From NCBI GenBank assembly GCA_001821935.1, contig MHOU01000010.1:45157-93778 (forward strand): a DNA stretch of 48,622 bases, in the 5' to 3' direction. Each line of letters begins with the position of its first letter. The stretch's first letter is position 1. The position numbers and the translations under genes are program-made. Under the pieces are notes generated by a model, which saw only the letters and a program-made list of their open reading frames with translations, did no database searches and was not told the origin of the DNA. Source of the DNA: Candidatus Staskawiczbacteria bacterium RIFCSPHIGHO2_02_FULL_43_16. Its GTDB lineage: Bacteria; Patescibacteriota; Minisyncoccia; Minisyncoccales; Staskawiczbacteraceae. This document shows, piece by piece, positions 1-8,982 of the stretch.

Positions 1-1
1 C

Positions 2-697
2 GGCATTACTTCAACCGAACGGCGTGCGGTGATTGAAGCCGCGCTTTCCGCCGGGGCGCGAAGCGCTTTTGTGGCCAAAGAACCCATTTTAGCGGCCATT
101 GGCGCGGGGATCCCTATTAATTCTTCCAGTGGCCACATGATTATTGATATTGGCGGGGGCACTTCCGAGGTGGCAGTGATTTCGTTGGGGGGGATTGTGG
201 CGGCCCATTCAGTGCGTGTGGCTGGTGATAAAATTGATGCGGCTATAACCGAATATATCAAAAAGAAATATAATTTGGCCATTGGCACCCAGAGCGCGGA
301 AGAAATAAAAATAAAAGTGGGTACGGCCTTGCCCCAAAAAGAATTGAAGTTTATGGAAATCCAGGGGAGGGACTTGATTTTGGGTTTGCCCCGCAACATT
401 AAAATTTCCAACAATGAAGTGTGTGAAGCCATCTCCGATACGCTTTCCGAAATTATCCAGGCGGCAAAAATGGTGTTGAGCGAAACTCCGCCGGAACTTT
501 CCGCTGACATTATGAACAAGGGAATTATTATGGCTGGCGGGGGGGCCTTGCTTCCAAAAATTAATGAATTGGTGGCGCAAAGCACCGGCGTGCCGTGTTT
601 TATTGCCGAAGAGCCGTTATTTTGCGTGATTAAGGGAACGGGCACGGTGCTGGAACATTTGGAGGAATATAAGAAGGTGGTGATGAGTAAAAAGTAA
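2..697 (+). CDS. mreB: Rod-shape protein MreB/Mbl family, C-terminal fragment (5' end lies outside the window)
   Basis: The frame is open from the window edge. The translation IIDIGGGTSEVAVISLGGIV...GGGALLP is actin-fold MreB and parallels the full-length copy at 4723..5793. Confidence 0.8.
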   Translation, partial: GITSTERRAVIEAALSAGARSAFVAKEPILAAIGAGIPINSSSGHMIIDIGGGTSEVAVISLGGIVAAHSVRVAGDKIDAAITEYIKKKYNLAIGTQSAEEIKIKVGTALPQKELKFMEIQGRDLILGLPRNIKISNNEVCEAISDTLSEIIQAAKMVLSETPPELSADIMNKGIIMAGGGALLPKINELVAQSTGVPCFIAEEPLFCVIKGTGTVLEHLEEYKKVVMSKK

Positions 698-756
698 TTC
701 GTCCAAATTTACACGATCGTACAAAATTGGACGAATTTGTTTGAACAAAAAAATAG

Positions 757-790
757 AGCCCGCGAACAAGTTGTCGCAGGCTTTTTAAGG
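757..790 (+). terminator. Putative intrinsic terminator after the mreB fragment
   Basis: AGCCCGCGA-caagttg-TCGCAGGCT hairpin with one mismatch, followed by TTTTT. Confidence 0.45.
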
Positions 791-822
791 GTGATGGCTG
801 AAACATTCAATCAATGTATGTA

Positions 823-1008
823 TCATACATTCGATTTTGGCCCTCTTTCCTTTTTTCTTCTTTTTCGCCCGCTTCTTTCGCTGCCCAAAGGACAAGCGTT
901 ATGAAGAATAGTGGCCACCCTAGCCCCAAAACAAAGCATAAAAGTCCATCCATTTTCTCCTCCATCTTTGGTTTCTGATGATGTAAGGGCCTCGAGGCTC
1001 ATACTCAT
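823..1008 (-). CDS. Small hypothetical protein (61 aa), doubtful
   Basis: ORF only, with no SD sequence. Its upstream region carries TTGACA-N17-TAATAT that overlaps the ATG, so it could be leaderless. Confidence 0.2.
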   Translation of the reverse strand: MSMSLEALTSSETKDGGENGWTFMLCFGARVATILHNACPLGSERSGRKRRKKERGPKSNV

Positions 1009-1024
1009 ATTAGCATTTTAATTA

Positions 1025-1041
1025 TACTTTGTCAACCCTTT
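1025..1041. promoter_or_regulatory. Shared 17-mer TTGTCAACCCTTTTATT (identical copy at 6432..6448) in a divergent promoter region
   Basis: Exact 17/17 copy. Its reverse complement supplies a TTGACA -35 box for the minus-strand gene. On the + strand an extended -10 (TGtTAGAAT) lies ~10 nt upstream of holB. Confidence 0.35.
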
Positions 1042-1073
1042 TATTGCCAACGCAACTTTGTTAGAATGACGTC

Positions 1074-1787
1074 ATGAAACAGTGGGATTTTTTAAAGGGA
1101 AAATTTGAAGCGGGGCAGTTGGGCCATGCCTATATTTTTTCTGGACAAGATGTTGAAAGTTTAAAAAAGTTTGCCAATAATTTCGCTACATTTATCAACT
1201 GCAAATTTCCCGATGTATTTATAGTAAAATCTGAAAATAGTAAAAGTTCGTTAAAAGATGGCGAAGATAAGCAGGAAATTGATGTGGCGCTAATCCGCGA
1301 AACCCAGCATTTTTTAAGCTATAAATCGTATTACGGCGGATATAAAACGGTTATCATAGAAAACGCGGAGCGCATGAATCTGGAAGCCCAGAATTGTTTT
1401 TTAAAAAACTTAGAGGAACCAAAAGGAGATACGTTGATTATATTATTGTCTTCAAAGCCAGAAATGCTGCTGTCCACCATTTTTTCGCGTTGCCAACAGA
1501 TTAAATTCTTTAGCCCTGTAGTGAGAACTGCTTTACTACCGGGGTCGGACCAAGAGTTATTACAAGTAATTGAAGGTGATTTGGCACAAAAGTTTAAGTA
1601 TGCCAAAAATGCAAACCTGGAAGGCGGAGGTTTTGAAAATATCCTTTATGCACTGCAAAACTATGGGAGAAAAGATATTGGTAAATATTGGAAAGTGTTG
1701 AAATTAGCATTGGATTTGGAGCGCCAGGTAATGACTTACAATCTGAATAAAAAGTTAGCATTAGAAATAATATTATTAGAATTGTAG
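1074..1787 (+). CDS. holB: DNA polymerase III delta-prime subunit (AAA+ clamp-loader subunit)
   Basis: GHAYIFSG near the N-terminus and the NCFLKNLEEP motif (equivalent to the KxLEEPP box). Confidence 0.65.
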   Translation: MKQWDFLKGKFEAGQLGHAYIFSGQDVESLKKFANNFATFINCKFPDVFIVKSENSKSSLKDGEDKQEIDVALIRETQHFLSYKSYYGGYKTVIIENAERMNLEAQNCFLKNLEEPKGDTLIILLSSKPEMLLSTIFSRCQQIKFFSPVVRTALLPGSDQELLQVIEGDLAQKFKYAKNANLEGGGFENILYALQNYGRKDIGKYWKVLKLALDLERQVMTYNLNKKLALEIILLEL

Positions 1788-1790
1788 ATC

Positions 1791-2345
1791 ATGTTATATA
1801 AAGAATTCATAGAAAAAGTAAAACCTGAATTTGAAAAAGCCCTGGCGTTTTTGAGCGGGGAATTGGCAAAAATACGCACTTCGCATGCTTCGCCCGCTTT
1901 GGTTGAAGATGTGCAGGTTGATTACCTGGGCCAAAAGTATGCCCTAAAACAACTGGCGGCCATTTCCACCCCCCAAACTAATCAGATTGTCATCCAGCCC
2001 TGGGACGGTTCTTACATCCAGTCCATTGAGCAGGCCGTTTTAAAGTCGGGGCTTGGCATGTCCGCGGCGGTTGATGGCAGTTTAATTAGGTTGAATTTAC
2101 CCACATTAACCCAGGAATACCGCGACACCTTAATTAAACTGCTCAATGAAAAAGCGGAACAGGCCCGCCAGACCCTGCGCCACTGGCGTGAAGATGCGTG
2201 GAATAAAATTCAGGCGGCCCAAAAAGCCAAAGCCCTTACCGAAGACGATAAGTTTAAAGCAAAGGAAGATTTGCAAAAAATGATTGATGAATATAGCAAA
2301 AAAATAAAAGAATTAATTGAGCGTAAAGAAAAAGAAGTCGCCTAA
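1791..2345 (+). CDS. frr: Ribosome recycling factor
   Basis: 184 aa. VQVDYLGQKYALKQLAAISTPQTNQIVIQPWDGS is typical RRF. Confidence 0.9.
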   Translation: MLYKEFIEKVKPEFEKALAFLSGELAKIRTSHASPALVEDVQVDYLGQKYALKQLAAISTPQTNQIVIQPWDGSYIQSIEQAVLKSGLGMSAAVDGSLIRLNLPTLTQEYRDTLIKLLNEKAEQARQTLRHWREDAWNKIQAAQKAKALTEDDKFKAKEDLQKMIDEYSKKIKELIERKEKEVA

Positions 2346-2346
2346 T

Positions 2347-3435
2347 ATGATTGTAACGTTATTAATAGCATTTCTAAGCTTGATTGCCTTAATGATCATC
2401 CATGAATTTGGGCATTTTATCATTGCCAAAAAATTCGGGGTGAAAGTGGAGGAATTCGGCATCGGTTATCCGCCTCGCTTGTTTGGTAAGCAATTCGGTG
2501 AAACGATTTATTCAGTTAATTTAATTCCGCTGGGGGCGTTTGTACGTATTTATGGAGAAGAAGGGGGCGTGGATGATTACAGAAGTTTCGTGGGCCTTGC
2601 CATTTGGAAACGGATTTTAATTGTCTTGGGTGGCGTGCTGGCCTTTTGGATTGCCAGCGCCATTATTTTTTCTTTTGTTTTTTTTATCGGCGCCAGTGTG
2701 CCGGTGGGGGACCAGGATGTGGTTGGAGTAACCAGCACCCAGGTGTTGGTCATGGCGGTGCAGGCGGATTCCCCAGCTCAAAAAGCGGGTTTGAAACCCA
2801 AAGATGAAATAGTGGGTTTCAACAAAATTGCTGATTTCCAGGCCTTCATAGAAGCCAACAAGGGCGCGGCGGCCAGTTTGACGTTTAAGCGCGATGGCAA
2901 AGAAATGACCGTTAGTTTGACTCCACGTGTAACTTATCCGGAAGGCCAGGGCCCGACCGGCGTGGCTCTGGAACGGGTTGCCAATGTGATTGAAAAAGCT
3001 CCGTGGTATTTGGCGCCAGTAAAGGGGATTATGTTTACCGGTGAAATAACCTGGGCGGCATTAGCAGGTGTTTACGGTTTTTTTACCAGCATCTTTTCAG
3101 GCCAAGGAGTTCCGCCTGAAGCGCAATTGGCCGGCCCGGTGGGCATTACCATTTTTTTATCAAAGGCGGCTGATTACGGCGTTGGTTTCTTTTTGTATTT
3201 TATCGGATCACTTTCTGTTTTGCTGGCTATTTTTAATTTGTTTCCCATTCCGGCGCTGGACGGCGGCAAATTATTATTTTTGATCATTGAAAAAATCCAA
3301 AAAAAACCCGTGCCGGTAAATTGGGAACAGGGGCTGACTATTTTGTGTTTTGTATTGCTAATAACCATGTCAATATTCATCACCGTCAAATTTGATATCC
3401 CACGGGTGGTGGAATTGTGGCGCGCGGGCTTGTAA
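2347..3435 (+). CDS. rseP: Site-2 zinc metalloprotease RseP (M50 family, with PDZ domain)
   Basis: HEFGH zinc motif, a multi-pass membrane profile, and a central PDZ-like segment. The ATG at 2347 is preferred over the TTG at 2317, which overlaps frr. Confidence 0.8.
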   Translation: MIVTLLIAFLSLIALMIIHEFGHFIIAKKFGVKVEEFGIGYPPRLFGKQFGETIYSVNLIPLGAFVRIYGEEGGVDDYRSFVGLAIWKRILIVLGGVLAFWIASAIIFSFVFFIGASVPVGDQDVVGVTSTQVLVMAVQADSPAQKAGLKPKDEIVGFNKIADFQAFIEANKGAAASLTFKRDGKEMTVSLTPRVTYPEGQGPTGVALERVANVIEKAPWYLAPVKGIMFTGEITWAALAGVYGFFTSIFSGQGVPPEAQLAGPVGITIFLSKAADYGVGFFLYFIGSLSVLLAIFNLFPIPALDGGKLLFLIIEKIQKKPVPVNWEQGLTILCFVLLITMSIFITVKFDIPRVVELWRAGL

Positions 3436-3481
3436 ATTGTAAATTGTAAATTGTATATTGTATATTGTAATTTGTAATTTT
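3431..3481. repeat. Tandem heptamer array: (TTGTAAA)x3 (TTGTATA)x2 (TTGTAAT)x2
   Basis: Read directly from the rseP-proS intergenic sequence. It may contain overlapping -35/-10-like hexamers for proS. Confidence 0.8.
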
Positions 3482-3488
3482 CAAAGCT

Positions 3489-4742
3489 ATGTTGCAATCC
3501 AAACTTTTCTACAAAACAACTAAAAATAAAACTGCGGGGACTGAATCGGTTTCCCATGACCTTTTGGTGCGCGCCGGATATGTAGACCAGCTCATGGCGG
3601 GGGTGTACAGTTTCTTACCCCTGGGTTTTATGGTGCTAAAAAACATTGAAGCAATTATTAGAAAAAATATGGAAGAGATTGGCGGGCAAGAAATGTTAAT
3701 GCCAGTATTGCACCCAAAAGAAATTTGGCAAAAAACCGGCCGATGGGACGCTTTGAATGATATTTTATTTAAAATCAAAGGTAATGCTGATAAGGAGTAT
3801 GTGTTGGCTTCTACACATGAAGAATCTATGGTTCCATCCGCAAAAAAGATTATTTTTTCTTATCGCGATTTGCCTTTTTATCCATTTCATATCCAGCTAA
3901 AGTTTAGAGATGAATTACGGGTGAAATCAGGAATTTTGCGAACCAAAGAATTTATCATGAAGGATTTATATTCTTTTCATGTGAATCAAGCCGATTTGGA
4001 TAAGTATTATGAAGTTGCTGCAAAAGCTTATGAAAAAATATTCAAAGAAGCAGGGGTTGGAAAAATAACATACAGAACATTGGCAAGTGGTGGTAGTTTT
4101 TCCAAGTATTCAGACGAATTCCAAATGGTAACGGATATTGGCGAAGACTTAATTTATATTTGTAAAAAATGCGGTATTGCCATTAATAAAGAAATCAAGG
4201 CGGAAAATCCCGTTTGTCCAAAATGCCAGGGTGGCGAATTTGAAGAAAAGAAAGCGGTTGAAGTGGGAAATATTTTTAAACTTGGAACAAAATTCTCAAC
4301 ACCGTTTGACTTGAAGTTCACCGATAAAGATGGCCATGACAAACCTGTTTTGATGGGGTGTTATGGTATTGGCCTTGGCAGGTTGATGGGAGCCATTGTG
4401 GAAGCCAGTCATGACGACAAGGGAATTATTTGGCCTGCGGCTGTGGCGCCGTTTGCAGTTCATTTGATTCATTTGGGAGCTGACAAAAAAACCAAAACAT
4501 CAGCTCAAAAACTTTACAAGAGTTTACAGGAAAATAATATTAAAGTATTATGGGACGATAGGGAAAACAAGACCGCGGGGGAAAAATTCGGCGAAAGCGA
4601 TTTACTGGGAATTCCTTATAGGATTGTCATTTCAGAAAGAACTCTGGCCACAAATTCTGTGGAGATAAAAGAGCGCGGGAAGGAAAAGGCAAAATTGGTA
4701 AAGCTTAAAGATACCATAAAAAATGTTCGGCAACATCAGTAA
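3489..4742 (+). CDS. proS: Prolyl-tRNA synthetase, short form without the editing insertion
   Basis: N-terminal LLVRAGYV motif and class II aaRS core. 417 aa. Confidence 0.85.
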   Translation: MLQSKLFYKTTKNKTAGTESVSHDLLVRAGYVDQLMAGVYSFLPLGFMVLKNIEAIIRKNMEEIGGQEMLMPVLHPKEIWQKTGRWDALNDILFKIKGNADKEYVLASTHEESMVPSAKKIIFSYRDLPFYPFHIQLKFRDELRVKSGILRTKEFIMKDLYSFHVNQADLDKYYEVAAKAYEKIFKEAGVGKITYRTLASGGSFSKYSDEFQMVTDIGEDLIYICKKCGIAINKEIKAENPVCPKCQGGEFEEKKAVEVGNIFKLGTKFSTPFDLKFTDKDGHDKPVLMGCYGIGLGRLMGAIVEASHDDKGIIWPAAVAPFAVHLIHLGADKKTKTSAQKLYKSLQENNIKVLWDDRENKTAGEKFGESDLLGIPYRIVISERTLATNSVEIKERGKEKAKLVKLKDTIKNVRQHQ

Positions 4743-5793
4743 ATTATTTTCATTTTTGTCTTTAGACATGGCCATTGACTTAGGTACGGCCAACTCTTTG
4801 GTGTACGTTAAAGACCGGGGCATTATTATCAACGAACCTTCGGTTGTTGCGGTAAATAATAAAACCGGGCAGATTTTGGCTATCGGGGAAGAAGCCAAAA
4901 AAATGGTGGGCAGAACCCCTTCTTATATAACCGCCACCCGGCCTTTGGTAAATGGGGTGATTTCAGATTTTGAAGTAACCGAGCAAATGCTTAAATATTT
5001 TATTGAAAAGGCGGTGGCTGGTTCTAAAAAATGGTGGGGGTTTGGCTATTCGCCAAGGGTTATTATTGGCATTCCCTGCGGCGTAACCGAAGTGGAAAGA
5101 AAGGCCGTAAGAGACGCGGCCAAAAACGCTGGTGCCAGGACGGTTTTTTTGATTGAGGAGCCTTTGGCTTCTGCCATTGGCGCGAAGTTGCCCATCCAAG
5201 AACCGGGTGGAAATTTTATTGTTGATATTGGCGGGGGAACTACCGAAGTGGCTGTGATTTCTTTAGGGGGGATTGTGGCATTTCGGAGCTTGCGTGTTGC
5301 CGGTGATAAATTAAATGATGATATTATTCAGTTTGCCCAAAAAGAATATAAGCTGTTGATTGGTGAGCGTACGGCGGAATTCATTAAAATAAACATTGGC
5401 AGTGCCATGGCCATGAAAGAAAAAAAGGAAATGCCCATGCGCGGGCGGAATTTAGTGACGGGGCTTCCCGAAGAAGTGGTGATTTTTAACGATGACATTC
5501 AGCGGGCCTTGGAACGTTCAGTCAAACAAATTGTAGCAGCCATTAAAACGACCATTGAAGAAACCCCACCGGAACTTTTGAGCGATGTGATGACCAACGG
5601 TATTTTTTTGGCTGGCGGCGGAAGTTTACTGCGCGGCCTTGATGCATTGATTGCTCGGGAGACAAAGATGCCATGCAGGATCATTGATGATCCGTTGACT
5701 TCTGTGGTACGTGGCTGTGGCATTGCCTTGGAAAATATTGAAACTTTAGAAACGTTGGTGCAAAAGGATGAAGAATGGGGGGCACCGGTGTAG
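4723..5793 (+). CDS. mreB: Rod-shape determining protein MreB, full length
   Basis: MFGNISKLFSFLSLDMAIDLGTANSLVYV matches the MreB N-terminus. DIGGGTTEVAVISLGG is the actin phosphate-2 loop. Confidence 0.9.
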   Translation: MFGNISKLFSFLSLDMAIDLGTANSLVYVKDRGIIINEPSVVAVNNKTGQILAIGEEAKKMVGRTPSYITATRPLVNGVISDFEVTEQMLKYFIEKAVAGSKKWWGFGYSPRVIIGIPCGVTEVERKAVRDAAKNAGARTVFLIEEPLASAIGAKLPIQEPGGNFIVDIGGGTTEVAVISLGGIVAFRSLRVAGDKLNDDIIQFAQKEYKLLIGERTAEFIKINIGSAMAMKEKKEMPMRGRNLVTGLPEEVVIFNDDIQRALERSVKQIVAAIKTTIEETPPELLSDVMTNGIFLAGGGSLLRGLDALIARETKMPCRIIDDPLTSVVRGCGIALENIETLETLVQKDEEWGAPV

Positions 5794-5985
5794 GTGATTG
5801 GTTTTGCTGCGCTCGCCAGCTTTCTTTCGTTCAGCTCGCCATCGATTTTCATGATAAGGGATTATATATCATGAAAATCGTGCCTATTGCTCGGCGCGAC
5901 AACGCGCGCCTGCGCAAATGCTTCACTCAAGAAACTGGCTCGCTTCACAAAACCAATTTCTGTCTTAATTTTTTTGTAAAAAAAT

Positions 5986-6023
5986 AGCCCACGATTGCAT
6001 CAATGCTTTCGTGGGCTTTTGAT
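5986..6023. terminator. Bidirectional intrinsic terminator
   Basis: AGCCCACGA-ttgcatcaatgctt-TCGTGGGCT hairpin with AAAAAAA on one side and TTTT on the other. Confidence 0.6.
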
Positions 6024-6052
6024 TGAGCACTTGTTTTGGATATCTCCCCTCC

Positions 6053-6358
6053 TTATTCATCTTTACTTAAGGTGGGAAGAACCATTATCTCAAGGTCAAC
6101 TAGGTTCTTTATTTCACGATCTTCGGTGATCTGAATTTGGGAGTTGTTTCCGAATTTCTCAAGTTTCCCTGTGGGCATTGTGTCGCTGTGCCACTCTTTG
6201 CGCTGGAAACTTGGAAGTGCTCCCAGATCCTTGGCGAATTCTTCAGCTTGCGTCGCGCTGAATCCAATGATTCTGAACGCTTGCTCAGGATTTTGAGCCT
6301 CCATGGATCCAAGAGGGTAAACATTTCCAAAGTAGACGACGGCAAGGTTGTAACGCAT
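6053..6358 (-). CDS. Hypothetical protein (101 aa from the internal ATG; the ORF track extends to 6406)
   Basis: GGGAG lies 7 nt upstream of the ATG at 6358. The TTGACA-N18-TACTAT promoter sits too close to the 6406 ATG for that start. No recognisable domain. Confidence 0.4.
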   Translation of the reverse strand: MRYNLAVVYFGNVYPLGSMEAQNPEQAFRIIGFSATQAEEFAKDLGALPSFQRKEWHSDTMPTGKLEKFGNNSQIQITEDREIKNLVDLEIMVLPTLSKDE

Positions 6359-6477
6359 TGGCATACTCCCAGAAGCAGGGGTTATTGGTAGGAAAGGACG
6401 CCTCATAGATAGTATTTCACTATTTTATTAATTTGTCAACCCTTTTATTACCCCTATTGTTTTGATACAATTTAGCC

Positions 6478-6768
6478 ATGATAAGTAAAGAAGAGGTGCA
6501 ACATATTGCAAAATTAGCGAGATTGGAATTGACTGAACAGGAAACCGAAAAAATGCAGAAAGACATGTCTGCGATTTTGGATTATTTTGATGTACTGAAA
6601 AAAGCACCCAAAATAAAATCTAGTCCCGTGGTTCGGACTACAGGACTAAAAGAAAACGCGACCAGGAAAGATTTGGTGGTGGAAAGGCCGGCCAGTTTGG
6701 CCAACAATTTGGTTGGCGCCGCACCGGACAGAAAAGATGATTATATTAAGGTGAAATCAATTTTGTAA
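6478..6768 (+). CDS. gatC: Glu/Asp-tRNA amidotransferase subunit C
   Basis: 96 aa. EEVQHIAKLARLELTEQETEKM is the GatC signature. It contains the in-frame 28-nt repeat at 6621..6648. Confidence 0.85.
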   Translation: MISKEEVQHIAKLARLELTEQETEKMQKDMSAILDYFDVLKKAPKIKSSPVVRTTGLKENATRKDLVVERPASLANNLVGAAPDRKDDYIKVKSIL

Positions 6769-6859
6769 TTTTAAATTTTTAATTTTGTAAATAATTCGTC
6801 AATTTTTAAACATTTAAGCATTATTTTAAAATTAGAAATTAAAAATTAGAAATTCTCAG

Positions 6860-8278
6860 ATGAATCTGTTAGACCTGACAATCATAGAACTACATGAGGG
6901 TTTTAAAAAAAAGCAATTTACTTCAACCGAGGTAACCAAGGCTTATTTGGAGCAAATTAAAAAAACCGATGGCCAAATTGGCGCCTATTTAACCGTGACC
7001 GAAGAATTGGCTCTGGCGCAGGCCGAAGCGGCTGATAAAATCATTGCCACTAAGAAAGAGTTTCCCATGCTTTGTGGTATTCCATTTTCTGTAAAAGATT
7101 TGATTATGGTGGAGGGTCAAATATGTACTGCTGGTTCTAAGATATTGGAAAAGTATGTGGCGCCCTATGACGCTACGGTTATTAAAAAGTTGAATGCGCA
7201 AGGGGCGGTAGTTTTAGGAAAAGTAAACTTAGATGAGTTTGCTATGGGTAGTTCTACGGAAAATTCCGCCTATAAAGTTACTAAAAATCCGCACGATATA
7301 ACCAGAGTTGCTGGTGGAACTTCAGGAGGCTCTGCGGCGTCGGTTGCGGCTAAACAGGCCGTGTTCTCACTAGGAACTGATACAGGGGGCTCTATAAGAC
7401 AGCCAGCTTCGTTTTGTGGGGTGGTGGGTCTAAGAACTACTTATGGCAGTGTTTCGCGCTATGGAGTGGTTGCTGATGCTTCTTCGCTTGATCAAGTGGG
7501 GCCCATTGCAAAAACCGTTGAAGACGCAAAAATTATTTTTGAAGCCATTTCTGGGAAAGATGCCATGGACGCCACATCGGTTGATTATAAATTTAAAGAT
7601 ATTAATGTTGAATTAAAGGGGTTGAAAATTGGGGTGCCAAAAGAGTATTTCGCCAAGGGTATTGATCCCAAAGTGGAAAAAATAATCCGCGAAGCAATTA
7701 AAAAAGCTCAAGACGCCGGCGCTAAAATTTTCCAAATAAGTTTGCCAAGTTCTAAATATGCGTTGGCGGCTTATTATATTATCCAAACTTCGGAAGCCTC
7801 AGCTAATTTGGCGCGCTATGATGGCATAAAATATGGACTATCAAGTCCGGCCGAAAAATTATTGGATGTATATATAAAAAGCCGGGGAGCGGGCTTTGGG
7901 GCGGAAGTAAAACGCAGGATTATGACGGGAACTTACAGCTTGTCCAGCGGATATTACGACGCCTATTATAAAAAGGCCCAAGAAGTGCGCCAATTGATTA
8001 CCCAAGATTTTGAAAACGCATTTAAAAAAGTAGACGTGATTTTCGCACCAGTTTCACCCTTCCCCGCATTTAAAATAGGCGAAAACACCGACAATCCTTT
8101 GGCCATGTATTTGGCGGATATTTATACCGTTTCAGTTAATTTGGCGTATTTGCCAGGCCTTTCGTTGCCCACGGGGAAGGTGGGCAAGTTGCCAGTCGGT
8201 TTGCAGATTATTGGCAACCACTTTGAAGAAAACAAAATTCTTTCTGTGGCTTCACAGATGGAAAGTATGTTAAGATAA
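6860..8278 (+). CDS. gatA: Glu/Asp-tRNA amidotransferase subunit A (amidase signature family)
   Basis: GGSSGGSAA amidase signature and 472 aa length. Confidence 0.9.
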   Translation: MNLLDLTIIELHEGFKKKQFTSTEVTKAYLEQIKKTDGQIGAYLTVTEELALAQAEAADKIIATKKEFPMLCGIPFSVKDLIMVEGQICTAGSKILEKYVAPYDATVIKKLNAQGAVVLGKVNLDEFAMGSSTENSAYKVTKNPHDITRVAGGTSGGSAASVAAKQAVFSLGTDTGGSIRQPASFCGVVGLRTTYGSVSRYGVVADASSLDQVGPIAKTVEDAKIIFEAISGKDAMDATSVDYKFKDINVELKGLKIGVPKEYFAKGIDPKVEKIIREAIKKAQDAGAKIFQISLPSSKYALAAYYIIQTSEASANLARYDGIKYGLSSPAEKLLDVYIKSRGAGFGAEVKRRIMTGTYSLSSGYYDAYYKKAQEVRQLITQDFENAFKKVDVIFAPVSPFPAFKIGENTDNPLAMYLADIYTVSVNLAYLPGLSLPTGKVGKLPVGLQIIGNHFEENKILSVASQMESMLR

Positions 8279-8282
8279 AAAC

Positions 8283-8828
8283 ATGACTACCTGGGAACAA
8301 ATTTACGAAGTATTCGGAGTAGCGGATTTTATTTATTTTATCACTTCTCCGGCCATTCAAGACCAGCTTTTTGGCGTGAAATTGGTTTTCATTTTTTTTG
8401 CGGTATTCTTTTTTTGCGCCGTGATTTATTTTTATTTAAACAGCAGTTATCTGCATTACCAATTTTTACAAGACACAACCGAATTTTTATCTTGGGAAGC
8501 CTATGGGCTGGTGGAAATCAACCGGCGTTTTAAAAAAATAACCAAACGACTGGCGCAAGGAACCGAAAACGATTATAAATTGGCCATTATTGAGGCCGAT
8601 GAATTTTTGTACCAGACCATGGAAAATAACGGCTATGAAGGTAAAACCTTTGAAGAATTGGCCAACGCGGCCGGGAAAAAGCTTCTGCCGGAATTTGAAG
8701 ATATTTTAGATGCCCATGCGGTGCGCAATGCCATTGTCTATGATTCCGGGTATATATTAGATATTCCAAAAGCCAAAAAAATCATGGCCGATTACGAAAA
8801 CGCCATAAAGAATATTTCTATATCGTAA
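8283..8828 (+). CDS. Hypothetical membrane protein
   Basis: Two predicted TM helices near the N-terminus. No motif recognised. Confidence 0.5.
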   Translation: MTTWEQIYEVFGVADFIYFITSPAIQDQLFGVKLVFIFFAVFFFCAVIYFYLNSSYLHYQFLQDTTEFLSWEAYGLVEINRRFKKITKRLAQGTENDYKLAIIEADEFLYQTMENNGYEGKTFEELANAAGKKLLPEFEDILDAHAVRNAIVYDSGYILDIPKAKKIMADYENAIKNISIS

Positions 8829-8851
8829 CCTGGGCCTGGTAAAAAATTGAA

Positions 8852-8953
8852 TTACTGGAATAGCCCCGTTCCCACAGTGCCAAGCACCATGGTCAAAGAT
8901 ACGATGACTATCACGACAACCCAGATTATTCGTACTATTTGCTTTTTCTTCAT
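8852..8953 (-). CDS. Small hydrophobic peptide (33 aa: MKKKQIVRIIWVVVIVIVSLTMVLGTVGTGLFQ)
   Basis: Hand-translated. Below the ORF-track cutoff, with no clear SD. Confidence 0.25.
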   Translation of the reverse strand: MKKKQIVRIIWVVVIVIVSLTMVLGTVGTGLFQ

Positions 8954-8982
8954 GGTATTAAGATAATATTATTGAATCTGGA

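Noticed and set aside
3431-3481. CRISPR array
   Set aside because: The repeats are 7-nt tandem units with no spacers. No CRISPR-like 25-40-nt repeat/spacer periodicity exists anywhere in the window.
2604-3557. Internal and antisense ORFs within rseP (2604..2807 +, 3068..3283 +, 3174..3557 -)
   Set aside because: They overlap a well-supported membrane protease gene, and their translations are low-complexity.
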